Source: Flavobacteriales bacterium
GTDB taxonomy: Bacteria > Bacteroidota > Bacteroidia > Flavobacteriales_F > PHOS-HE28
DNA length: 64,000 nt
Assembly: GCA_016713865.1 (NCBI GenBank)
Contig: JADJOG010000001.1
Coordinates: 2,274 to 66,273 of the forward strand
Direction: 5' to 3'
The position numbers were made by a program, and so were the translations under genes. The notes under the pieces are model-generated. The model saw only the letters and a program-made list of their open reading frames with translations. It did not search any database and was not told the DNA's origin. Position 1 is the first letter of the stretch. Every line of letters begins with the position of its first letter. Shown here one piece after another: positions 9,433 to 20,032 of the stretch.

Positions 9433-12400
9433 GCAGCGCCATGAAGAACATCATGAAGCACTTCTTCGCGACACTGACAACGGTTGTGCTTGGCCAAGTG
9501 GCGATGGCGCAGACCGCCACCAACAATTGCGGGTATAACGCGGGCAACGAATACCCTGTGGGCACCTCGTGCAATCTGCTCACCTTCAACAAGACGGATG
9601 CATTCACGGTGAACCTGAATGCCAGTGGATGCAACGCCGGCAACCGGGACGATGCCTGGGGCTGGTTCACAGCGACAGCGAACGTGACGAATCTGACGTA
9701 CGACCCCGCTACTAGCCAACGGCCGATCATGCATGTTTATTCCGGAGCATGTGGCAGCCTAACCCAGGTTGGCTGCGTTGAATGCCGGAAGCAATGGCGC
9801 GAACGCGAACCTGACCATAGCAACGATCCCTGGCCAGAATTACATGGTGCGCATCCAGCTGCATAACAGCGATGCGGCCATGAATGGCTCCTTTTGCGCA
9901 TGGTCGCCATCAGCGCCCGCGAACGACAATCCATGCGGCGCGGTGGGCCTGAGCGTCAGCAACTCCTGCCTCACCACCGCCGCAACCAACCTCGGCGCCA
10001 CCAGCACAGCCGGCGTTCCGGCACCAGGCTGCGGCACCTATGTGACCGGTGATGTCTGGTTCACCTTCGTGGCCCCAGCGAATGGCGCAGCAGCCATTCG
10101 CACTACTGCCGGTGGGCTTACGGATTCAGGCATCGCGCTCTATACCGCGACTGCTTGCGCAGGCACTTTCACCCTAGTGGCTTGCTCGCCGAATGGCAAC
10201 GGCAACATGGGTCAGATCAGCCAAACCGGGCTCACGCCTGGTCAAACCTATTACGTGCGCATATGGGGCGATAGCAATGCAAGTGGCACCTTCAACATCT
10301 GTGTGGTTGGCCTGCCTAACGATGAGCCCTGCGGCGCCACGGCGCTGCCAGTGAATGCCAGCTGCACGAATACCACCAGCACGAGCGCCTTCGCCACCAA
10401 CAGCCAAGGGATTCCTGCCCCGGGCTGCGCCAATTACCAAGGCGGCGACGTTTGGTTCTCCTTCGTTGCGCCAGCGAACGGCACCGTGGTCGTGCAAACC
10501 GGGTCAAGCGGAGGCCTCACCGACACGGGCTTGGCACTCTATGAAGCGACCAATTGCTCCACCGGTTACAACCTGCTTGCATGTAACGACGATGCGACTG
10601 GGCTCGGCTTCTTCAGCCGTATCATAAGCACAGACCTAGTACCAGGAACCACTTACTACGCTCGCGTATGGGGCTACGGCGGCGCAACGGGCGGCTTCAA
10701 CATCTGCGCGCATTCGCCGCCCCCGCCTGCGAACGATGATCCATGCGGCGCCACCGCGCTCACGGTGAATGCGACCTGCACGAATACCGCCACAACGAAT
10801 CTTGGTGCAACAGCTACCCCCAGCATACCGGCCCCCGGATGCGGCAACTACACGGGCGGCGATGTCTGGTTCAGTTTCGTTGCTCCGGCAAGCGGCCGCA
10901 CCTCGATCCAGACCAGTTCCTCTGGAGGCTTGGCCAACACCGCCATCGCGCTTTACAGTGCTACCAACTGCTCATCCGGTTTCGCACTCATCGCATGCGA
11001 CGACGACGCGGTCGGCTTCTTCAGTCTGATTGACCGAGTTGGCCTCACGCCGGGCGCTACCTACTACGTGCGTGCTTGGGGCGTTAGCGGCAGTGCTGGC
11101 ACATTCAACATTTGCGCATATGAACCTGCGATTGCTCCGCCGTCGAACGACGAGCCATGCGGGGCAATCGACATCGCACTAGGTACCAGTTGCACCTTTT
11201 CAGCCCGCACCAATGCAGGGGCATTGCACAGTTCAGGCATTCTATTTTCGGGCTGTGGCAATTATGGGGGCCGCGATGTGTGGTTCCGCTTCGCCGCGCC
11301 GGCAAACGGATTGGCCACCTTCCGCGTGAATACAGGAACCTTGGCGAATCCTGCCATGGCCCTGTACCAGGCCTCCAGCTGCAGCGGACCATTCACACTG
11401 ATCGCTTGCGACAATACCAGTGGCCCCGGCGATGCGCCATTCATGACCCTCACACCGCTCGAGGTCATTCCGGGCGAGACCTACTACCTGCGCGTATGGG
11501 GGCAACAATGGCACCGCTGGAACATTCGATCTCTGCGGATACACCGCGCCCAGCTCCGGCGATTGCATCTACGTGCTACGCATGTGGGACAGCCAAGGAG
11601 ATGGCTGGGGCAACAGCCGGGTGACCATTCAAGTAGGTGCAGGGCCAGCGACGAATTACTGGAACGCCAACGCCGATGAGGATGTCGCGTACATCTCTGT
11701 AAGCGTCGGACAAAGCGTCACGGTTTCCTATGCAACCGGCGGCTCCGGTGGACAGGGCCAGATCCGTTACGCCCTCAATTGATCAATGGGCCGCTTTACA
11801 TGGATGGGCCGACCCTGGCACCGGGCCGCGTTGGGCTGGCACGGCGAATTGCCAGAGTGCTACACCCCTTCCAAGTGATTGCGTTGGCGGTGCTGCGATC
11901 TGCAATGCGCAGCAGATCAGCGCGAACCCTAACAACACGGGCCTCACACAAGACCTGAATCAACTCAGCCGCGGGTGCCTTGGCTCCAATGAGCGCCAAG
12001 GTTACTGGTACCGGTTCACTGTTTCGGGCACCGGCCTGCTCGGTTTCACCATCAGTCCGAATAACGCTGGCGATGACTATGACTTCGGCATCTGGGGCCC
12101 TTACAGTTCAATCACTTGCCCACCGCGTGAAACTCCAGTTCGCTGCAACTACAGCGGTGACCCCGGCGACACAGGGCTTTCTGCCTTGGGCTCAAACCCC
12201 ACCGAGGGTGGCAGTGGGAACAAATGGTCGAGTCGATTGCCTGTGATCGCGGGCGAGAACTACTTCCTCTACGTGAGCAATTTCTCCCAGAGCGGGCTCG
12301 CTTTCGACCTCAGCTGGCAACTCGAGAGCGGCGCTAGCCTCGATTGCACCTTGCTGCCGATCCAACTCCTGAGCCTTAATGGCGCACCCGTGCCCGAAGG

Positions 12401-12905
12401 CATCCGCTTGGACTGGAGCACCGCCACCGAATCGAACTCGGCCGCTTTCGCGATCGAACGCATGAATGAATTCGGCGACTTCGTGCAGATCGGCGAATTG
12501 CCCGCCGCTGGGAACAGCAATAGCCTCATCGAATACCAATTCATCGATTCCCAGCCCATGCAAGGCTTCAACCACTTTCGCTTGAAAATGATCGACGCCG
12601 ATGGCAGCGCCGAGCTCAGCCAAGTGGTCTCCGTGGCCAATCGATATGGCGGTTTCGTCGGCTTATACCCGAACCCGGCAACGGATCACATCAGCATCGT
12701 TATGGATGAGCTCCCCGAAAGCGAGATCATCATCAGGTTCCACGATGCAAGTGGCCGACTGGTGCGCGAAGAGCGGACAATGGTCGCTGAAGGTCAATCA
12801 TTGGTGACGATTCCTTTGCTCGGCCTCGACCCCGGCCACTATGCTCTCTCGTACAGCTTTCAGAACAGCGCCATGCGATATGGCGGCAGGTTCCTCGTGC
12901 AATAG
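9429..12905 (+). CDS. Giant T9SS cargo / cell-surface protein (~1,158 aa as one reading). It has PPC-like Cys-containing β-sandwich repeats, then conserved middle modules, then a Por_Secre_tail (type A C-terminal domain). Reading frame is interrupted by three +1 shifts near 9778, 11498-11502 and 11770-11790.
   Basis: The ORF-track pieces 9429-9866, 9769-11679, 11573-11782 and 11730-12905 are contiguous by paralogy with the intact neighbouring genes. There are 4-5 ~115-aa repeats of the form 'ANDxPCGA..L.VN..C.NT..TN.GAT....P.PGCG.Y.GGDVWFSFVAP..G......GGLTD..ALY.A..C.G.F.L.AC.DD...GTFNIC'. The C-terminus ends 'LYPNPATDHISIV...'. The shift at 11498 is an extra G in a GGGGG run. Confidence 0.7.
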
Positions 12906-12923
12906 TTGTTGTTCGCGTGTTCA

Positions 12924-12954
12924 GAACAAGGCCGGGCTCAACCCGGCCTTGTTC
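12924..12954 (+). terminator. Perfect 13-bp stem / 5-nt loop hairpin after giant gene 1.
   Basis: GAACAAGGCCGGG CTCAA CCCGGCCTTGTTC, followed by GTTCATG. Confidence 0.55.
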
Positions 12955-13061
12955 GTTCATGCCCGGACCTATTGCATTGCCCTTTGCGGCAAAGGTTTAC
13001 CTTCGTCATGCTGGACAACCAGCACCGGTTCCCTTCGTCATACTTGAAACCCGAGGTTGGA

Positions 13062-13481
13062 ATGATGAGACTGTTTACCCTTTGTGCCTCTGCCATCTGC
13101 GCATTTCTGATCGCGAACTCAGCCCACGGACAGGGCGCTACCATCCATCTGCTGCAATGTGACGCGGTGATTGATGGCGCCCATGGCAAGCTAGCCGCGG
13201 AAGTCGTCAAGAACCTGGATCCACAAGCCCTGATCAGCTGGGATGGGCAATTGATGAAGATCAGGCTGAATAGCGGGATCGAGCAGCAGGAATTGCTCCG
13301 CGCCTTGAATCAAGGTGCAGCGCGATTCGCGATCCTCGGTGGCGACCCGCGTTCAGGCATGCCTGTTCGGATCGATACCGGCGACCCTTCGGGCGACGAC
13401 CTCCGCTATGAGCAGGCCAAGGCTGCATGGCTGAACCAGCAGCAGTCATTGGTCCAACCCGTTTCACCGGCAAAGGAGTGA
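13062..13481 (+). CDS. Small secreted protein (139 aa), member B of the ferredoxin/HMA-like family.
   Basis: MMRLFTLCASAICAFLIANSAHGQ signal peptide. The core 'KLAAEVVKNLDPQALISWDGQLMKIRLNSGIEQQELLRALNQGAARFAIL' aligns with members A and C. It ends 5 nt before the ATG of the next giant gene. The ORF-track start (12906) was trimmed to the signal-peptide Met. Confidence 0.6.
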   Translation: MMRLFTLCASAICAFLIANSAHGQGATIHLLQCDAVIDGAHGKLAAEVVKNLDPQALISWDGQLMKIRLNSGIEQQELLRALNQGAARFAILGGDPRSGMPVRIDTGDPSGDDLRYEQAKAAWLNQQQSLVQPVSPAKE

Positions 13482-13485
13482 TCCC

Positions 13486-15702
13486 ATGAAACGCCACCTC
13501 CTCATTCCTTGCTTCGTCCTTTGGGGAGCGTTCACGGCTCTGGGCCAATGCCCTGATAACAATACCGTGATCGCAGGTGGCGCTATAACGCCCAGTTGTC
13601 CCGGTACCACTAACGTGCCTTGTGTGCAAGGCGGTCAATACGCCTTGGTGAATGTGACCGCTGGTTATCAGTACACGTTCGCGACATGCGGCGCCTCGTT
13701 CGATACCCAGATCACGCTTTACAACAACACCGGCGGAGGCAGTTTGGGCTACAACGACGATAGCGGCACCTGCGGCTTCCTGAGCACGCAGTCGTACATC
13801 GCTTGGACTGCCGGATTCACAGGACAATTGCGCGTGCTGGTTGACCTGTACAACTGCGCGTCGAATGCGGTGTGCGCGCCGCTGACGATCACGTGCACCG
13901 TGCCTCCACCTCCGGTCACGAATGGCACGCCTTGCGCCAACCTGCCTCAAGCACTCGTGCTTTCGTGCGGTGGCGGCACCTTCAGCAATGTGGGTGGCGG
14001 GAACTCCGGCATCGCGCCCGCGCCTACTTGCGGCAATTACATCGGGGGGACACAGGATGTCTGGTTCTCTTTCGTTGCCGGACCGTATGGCCAAGTGAAT
14101 CTCTCGAGCACCGCAGGAACCATGACCGATGGCGCCATGGCGGTTTATAGTGCCCCCTCCTGCTCCGGCCCATTCACTCAAGTGGCTTGCGACGATGACG
14201 GTGGTCCTGGGTTGATGCCGCAGCTCAACCTGAACGGACTCAACCCCGGCCAGACCTATTTCGTGCGCTTCTGGGGCTATGGAACAGCCACGGGAACCTT
14301 TAACCTCTGCGTGCAAGGCGTTAGCACCGTGCCACCCGGTGGCTGCGTGTACATGCTCAACCTCTACGACGGTTTCGGCGATGGTTGGGGCAGCAGCAAT
14401 GTGGGCGTCAGCATCAATGGTGGCCCATTCACTTATTACACGGTCAGCGGCACATCGAACAGCGTGGCGATACCGGCCACCGCAGGAACCCTGATCGTGC
14501 TCACCTATAACAACTCCGGACCGTTCCAAGGCGAGAACTCCTACACGCTCACATTGGGACCTGGATCAGTATTCAGTTCCGGCAGCCCTCCTACGGCCGG
14601 CACCAGCTACGCAGGAACGCTCACCTGCAACCCGCCTCCCGCGCCGCCCGAGGATTGCATCGGCAGCATCACGATCTGCAATGCGCAGAGCTTCAACAAC
14701 AACACGAATAACACAGGGAATGTCGCTGACCTGAATGCGACCTCAGCTGGTTGCTTAACGACTACGGAACGCCAAGGCACCTGGTACAACTTCACCGTGA
14801 GTGCTAGCGGACAGATCGGATTCTCCATCAACCCTGCGAACCCCGCCGACGATTACGACTTCGCCATCTGGGGGCCATTCCCGCCGGGAAGCACGCCAGG
14901 TAGCATCTGCCCGCCGCTATCCGCGCCATTGCGCTGTTCCTATTCATTGCTTGGCGGGGCCACAGGGCTCAATTTCGCTGCAACGGATTTAACCGAACCT
15001 CCTTCGGGAGATAAATGGGTGCGCTACCTCGATGTGGTGGTCGGTCAGGTGTACCTGCTCTACATCAGTAATTTCTCGCAGAGCGGCTTGTCCTTCGCGC
15101 TCGATTGGAACCTGCAGGGAGGCGCATCGCTCGATTGCACCGTGCTAGGAGCTGACCGGTTAGCGCTGGATGCGCATGAAGAGAATGATGTTGTCGCTGT
15201 CGAATGGTCAAGCGCATCAACGGATGGCACCCACATGTACATGATCGAGCGCTTCGAGCCGGAGCATGGTTTCGTGGACATCGGTCAAGCGCTCGCGTTG
15301 CGCGATGCGCAAGGAGCCGTGAGCTATCGGCACATTGATCAAGAACCGCTTGTCGGATTGAATCGCTACCGCTTGAGGATGGTGGATGCGCATGGTTCGA
15401 GTGCGGTGAGCCATGAGGTCGTCGTGGCTCGATTCAAGCTCGATCAAGGCCCGCGGATCTCGCCGAATCCCGCTGCGGGCCTGGCCTGGATCCATTTCCA
15501 TGCACCGATGCAAGGAGCCGCTACCTACCAATTGCTCAACGCCGACGGAAGAACACTGGCCGAAGGCCTGATTCCAGTGAACGAAGGCGCTAACCGATTC
15601 GCGCTCCCGTTGATCAGCGTCGGTGAAGGCTGCTATACCCTGCGTTTGAAACTGCCCGGCGGTGAATGCCAGCACGCGCGATTAGTCGTGAGCGGTTCAT
15701 AA
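13486..15702 (+). CDS. Giant T9SS cargo protein (738 aa, intact): N-terminal Cys-rich PPC-like domains, a 'DGFGDGWGSS' β-sandwich module, the 4-Cys 'DCIG..CNAQ...DYDFAIWGPF...CPP...LRC' module, an Ig/FN3-like domain and a Por_Secre_tail.
   Basis: Signal peptide MKRHLLIPCFVLWGAFTALGQ. The C-terminus 'ISPNPAAGLAWIHFHAP...' is a type-A C-terminal domain. Modules were defined by alignment with giants 1, 3 and 4. Confidence 0.75.
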   Translation: MKRHLLIPCFVLWGAFTALGQCPDNNTVIAGGAITPSCPGTTNVPCVQGGQYALVNVTAGYQYTFATCGASFDTQITLYNNTGGGSLGYNDDSGTCGFLSTQSYIAWTAGFTGQLRVLVDLYNCASNAVCAPLTITCTVPPPPVTNGTPCANLPQALVLSCGGGTFSNVGGGNSGIAPAPTCGNYIGGTQDVWFSFVAGPYGQVNLSSTAGTMTDGAMAVYSAPSCSGPFTQVACDDDGGPGLMPQLNLNGLNPGQTYFVRFWGYGTATGTFNLCVQGVSTVPPGGCVYMLNLYDGFGDGWGSSNVGVSINGGPFTYYTVSGTSNSVAIPATAGTLIVLTYNNSGPFQGENSYTLTLGPGSVFSSGSPPTAGTSYAGTLTCNPPPAPPEDCIGSITICNAQSFNNNTNNTGNVADLNATSAGCLTTTERQGTWYNFTVSASGQIGFSINPANPADDYDFAIWGPFPPGSTPGSICPPLSAPLRCSYSLLGGATGLNFAATDLTEPPSGDKWVRYLDVVVGQVYLLYISNFSQSGLSFALDWNLQGGASLDCTVLGADRLALDAHEENDVVAVEWSSASTDGTHMYMIERFEPEHGFVDIGQALALRDAQGAVSYRHIDQEPLVGLNRYRLRMVDAHGSSAVSHEVVVARFKLDQGPRISPNPAAGLAWIHFHAPMQGAATYQLLNADGRTLAEGLIPVNEGANRFALPLISVGEGCYTLRLKLPGGECQHARLVVSGS

Positions 15703-15862
15703 CGTCTGCTTGGCTTTGAGGCAACCATGACTGCTTGCCTCGTCTCCTCTTCATCCTGAGAACCATTGCATGCCTATGGCCGTTGCAGGTGACGCCTTGG
15801 ACCGCAGCCTTTTGAACCCGCTTGGAACCCAAGCTTATATTAGCCCCAAACACCACTTTCAG

Positions 15863-16306
15863 ATGACCCGCAGATTCCTGATGCTCAGCGTTTTAGCGGC
15901 ATTCGCCGGAGCTGTGAGCGCCCAGAGCGCCCCATTCTACTTCTACCAGGCCGAGGAAGCCATCAATCGGAGCCAATTGAAGTTGATGATCTCGGCGGTG
16001 ATGGATGTGGACCCCCAAGCGGACGTGTTCCACTCGGACGACATGACCATCATCCAAGTGAAAGCGGCGAGCAATCTGCCCGCCGAAACCTACCGTGAAG
16101 CCTTGGTTAATGCTGGTGTTCGTCTGCGTGCCGGCATGCTCTCTCCGGAACAAGTGCACGCAGCGAACGCGGTTGAAGCACCGCCCATTTTCATAGCAAC
16201 GGGCGATGCGGCTGGCGATTTGGCCCGCTACCAACAAGCGGTGCAGGCTTGGAATGCCAACCACCCTGACAATCAGCTCTCTCCCACTCCGGTCCACCTC
16301 CGTTGA
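15863..16306 (+). CDS. Small secreted protein (147 aa), member C of the ferredoxin/HMA-like family.
   Basis: MTRRFLMLSVLAAFAGAVSAQ signal peptide. The core 'KLMISAVMDVDPQADVFHSDDMTIIQVKAASNLPAETYREALVNAGVRL' aligns with members A and B. It ends 17 nt before the ATG (16324) of giant gene 3. Confidence 0.6.
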   Translation: MTRRFLMLSVLAAFAGAVSAQSAPFYFYQAEEAINRSQLKLMISAVMDVDPQADVFHSDDMTIIQVKAASNLPAETYREALVNAGVRLRAGMLSPEQVHAANAVEAPPIFIATGDAAGDLARYQQAVQAWNANHPDNQLSPTPVHLR

Positions 16307-16323
16307 ACCCTAGCGTGCAGCGC

Positions 16324-19300
16324 ATGAAGCAGCACTACCTTTCTCTAGCTCTTGCATTGTCTTTGGTTGGCGCGTCGGGCGTGGCGCATGGCCAATGCGT
16401 CTCGGGCACCGGCACAACCATGATTGCCCCTGCCGGGCAAACCCCGGAGCCCCAGCAATTCACGGCCGGGGCAATCACCGCAGGGGTAGCCAACATCACA
16501 ATCATAGCACCGACAACTGGGACTGTCGGATTGGTGAACGGCATGGTGATCAGTGGACCTCCGGGTCTGTTTGCCCCAGGTACGGTGCTCACTGGTAAAC
16601 GCGACGACAATTTCTGTGGCCCCACCACCTCTGCTTACTGTTGGTGCCGGATCGATTGTCTGGTTCAATAACTGGAATGCAGCCACGGTGCCGCCGAGTA
16701 CAAACACACGCGAGTGTGAACTTCCCGCCCCCACTTGGAGGCACCCCGTCAGCAATCAACTGCACCGTCTGTCCGGCTACTTTCAGCGCGACTGTGTGCG
16801 CAGGGCAATACTTCGACTACTACATGTGCACCGGGAACAACTACACGTTCTCGATGTGCGGCAGCCCGAACTGGAACTCCACGATCACGATAACCTCCAC
16901 TGCTGGCGCTGCGACCACGAACGGTTTCCCAACCTACGACGATGATGGCTGCGGTGCAATCGGCGGGCACGCGGTGCTCAACTTCATCCCCACCACCACG
17001 GGTATCTTCCGTGTTCGCCTCTTCAACAATCCATGTACTGTGAATGGCGGGCTATGCGGCACACTGAACATCCAATGCAGCCCTAACCCTGTTCCACCGG
17101 CTAACGATGAACCTTGGAACGCGCAAGTGCTACCCGTGAGCACCGTGTGCAATTTCGTTCCAGCCTCGAATGCGTTCTCGACCGGCTCTAGCGGTCCAGT
17201 ATCGCCTCTTACTCCAGTGAACTGCTTAGCCAATTGTGTTGCCGGCTCGGGCAACTATGGTGGTGCAGATGTTTGGTTCGCTGCCAACGCAAGCCCGACT
17301 GGAACCTTGAGCGTACAGACCAACTTGGTGAGCGCGCAGAACCTGGCCATGGCGGTTTACACCGGAACCCCGGGTGTTTCGCTGAACCAAGTAGGTGGCC
17401 CCGGCTATTGCAATTCGTGCAACGACGACAGTGCGCCCACCTTACTGAACCCCTTCTTGCAGATGAGCGGTTTCGCGCCCAACCAGACCGTCTACATCCG
17501 TGTATGGTCCAATTCGGGCTTGATAAACAGCGGCTCTTTCCAAATCTGCGCCTACCACCCGGTGCCGCCACCGAACGATGATCCCTGCTTCGCCATCAAC
17601 CTGCCCATCAATACCAGTTGCAACCTCACTTCGTTCACCACCGAGAGCGCGCTGCCGTTGAGCGTGGCCATGACGACTAGCCCGGCTTTACCCACCTGCG
17701 GCACTCCCGTAGCCGGTGGCGATGTCTGGTTCACGACCACGGTTCCTGCTGGTCAATCGGTTACGATCAACACCCAGCAAGGCTCACTGACGGATATGGC
17801 CATGGCCATTTACACGCTGACCGCAGGAACGATTTGCGCGGGCACCTTGACCTAAGGCCTCTGCAACGACAACCTGACGGTGACTAACCTGATGCCCAGC
17901 GTCACCTTGCCAATCTCCGGAAGCCCGGTCACCTATTACATCCGATTGTGGAACAAGACTGCGGCATTCGGTACCGCGAGCATCTGCGTGGTGCTGAATA
18001 CGCCACCAGCGAACGACGATCCTTGTGGCGCCATTCCGTTGCCGGTTAACCTCGGCTGCGTGTTCCCATCTCCGTTCTCCACACAGTTCGCGACAACCAC
18101 AGGTACTCCATCACTTCCTCCTAGGGGTGACATCGATCGTGAACACGAATACCGGGTTATGCTCACCGGCCCTCTTCAATCCGGCTTCCCTACACGAGCG
18201 ATGTCTGGTTCACCGCGGTTGTGCCAGGGAGCGGCTCGCTCTCCTTCGATACGGATGATCTTCAGTTGAACGATGCGGCCTTCGCCGTTTACACCACGGG
18301 TGGCACAACCTGCCCCAACCTCGTGCTCACACGCGTGGCTACAAGCTGCTCCAGCGGTGGAAGCTTGAACGGCGGCAACATGCCTGTAACGAATGTGACC
18401 GGCCTGACCCCAGGGACAACGGTATACATCCGCGTTTGGCGCGATAACGCCGGAGCGAATGATGGCACTTTCGTCATCTGCGCCAGGAACCCGCAAACAC
18501 CAAGCGGTTGCTGGTACACCTTACGCTTGACCGATAGCGCTGGCGACGGCTGGAACGGCGGTTTCGTGACCTTGTGCATCAACGGTTCCTGCACCAACTA
18601 CACGGTGTATGGTTCACTATCCACCGTGGTGTTCACGGCGAACGTGGGCGATCTGGTCACCCTGTCCTACACCGCTGTCGGCGGATTCCAGAACCAAGTC
18701 TCGTGGACGCTCTCTGCCAGCACTGGCGCCAACATCTGGCCGGGCCCGATATCGAACCCGCCATCGTCAGGACCGCAGCATTCCATGACGGTGAACGCTG
18801 CGTGCAACGTGCCACCGGCGCCTATCTCCGATTGCATCGGGCACCAGGTGGTCTGCAATAACCAGAACATCAGCTACAACCCTTCGAATACGGGCAACGT
18901 GGTTGACTTGACGTCCACCAATGACGGTTGCTTGGCCGGTGAGCAGCAGGGCGCTTGGTTCGTTTTCACCACGAATGCCGCTGGAAACATCGCCTTCACC
19001 TTGAATGTGGCCGTTGGCACCGACTACGACTTCGCGGTCTGGGGACCCTTCGCGCCGGGCGCACCTCCCTGTCCGCCACCCGGAGCGCCCATCCGTTGCA
19101 ACTGGTCGGCTACCACCGGGCCAACCGGCTTGAGCCTCTCGAGCTTCACGCCATCCGTTGGTGCTGTAGGCTCACCGTTCTCGCAATGGATCACCGCTGG
19201 CGCCAACGAGATGTACATCCTCTACGTGGACAACTGGTCGAGGAATGGCATCTCCTTCAGCCTGACCTGGCAGAACACGCCTACCAACATCCTCGATTGC

Positions 19301-19846
19301 GTGCTGCCGGTTGAACTGGTCGAGTTCGATGCCTACGGCACCGGTGCTGTTGCGCAGTTGAAATGGACCACTGCCAGCGAGGAGAACCTCTCGCACTTCG
19401 TGATCGAGCGCTCGGCCGACGGTACGCGCTTCGATGCCCTGAACCAGGTGCAAGCCGCTGGCGAGCGCTCTTTGGTAACCCGTTACGAGACCATCGATCA
19501 ATCTCCGATGCGTGGCGTGAACCACTACCGCTTGCGCATGGTCGATGACGATGGCTCGGTGCAGCACAGCAAGGTGATTCCGGTGCGCTTCGGATGGTCG
19601 CCCGCCAGTGTGCAGGTGTTCCCCAACCCGGCTGGCTCCAGCCTGTGGGTGGCGGCGCACGATGTGGACGAGGGCTGGCAATGGCGCATCCTGGACGCGA
19701 GCGGCCGCATGGTGCGCGCTGGTCGTGCTATGGCCGAGAGCGCCCAATTCGAGATCCCGCTCACCATTGAATCCGGCGCGTACGTGCTGGAAGTGCTCGA
19801 CCAGAACGGCGCCACCATGGGCCAAGCCCGCTTCGTGAAGGACTAG
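16324..19846 (+). pseudogene. Giant T9SS cargo gene 3, disrupted in this sequence: a -1 shift near 16640-16670, an in-frame TAA at 17856-17858, and a -1 shift near 18180-18260. It has the same architecture as giants 1, 2 and 4 and an intact Por_Secre_tail.
   Basis: The ORF-track pieces 16303-16671, 16641-17855, 17880-18269 and 18221-19846 are all paralogous to adjacent genes. The C-terminus is '...VFPNPAGSSLWVAAHDV...ARFVKD'. Given errors elsewhere in the window, the lesions may be sequencing artefacts. Confidence 0.55.
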
Positions 19847-19877
19847 CAGGCCCGAATCGTTCATAACCCCGTTGATT

Positions 19878-19910
19878 CTGCGGCGGTTGAGTTAACCTCA
19901 ACCGCCGCAG
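19878..19910 (+). terminator. Strong intrinsic terminator (14-bp perfect stem, 5-nt loop, then a T-run).
   Basis: CTGCGGCGGTTGAG TTAAC CTCAACCGCCGCAG TTCTTTACATT, located 30 nt after the stop of giant gene 3. Confidence 0.7.
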
Positions 19911-20032
19911 TTCTTTACATTCGCCTCCTTCGGGGATTATGCGCTCCGCAGTGAACGAAACCAACTGCCCGAGCGTCTAGTGCGCGTGATCAGCAACAGG
20001 CGATTTGAATGATGAGCAAAACGGAACACACC

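Noticed and set aside
13261-14529. 422-aa - strand ORF.
   Set aside because: Antisense to giant gene 2.
9429-19846. Adhesin frameshifts as programmed phase variation or pseudogenisation.
   Set aside because: Comparable indels occur in rpoD, pnp and bamA. A global consensus-error explanation is therefore more parsimonious. Only the TAA at 17856 remains a candidate genuine lesion.
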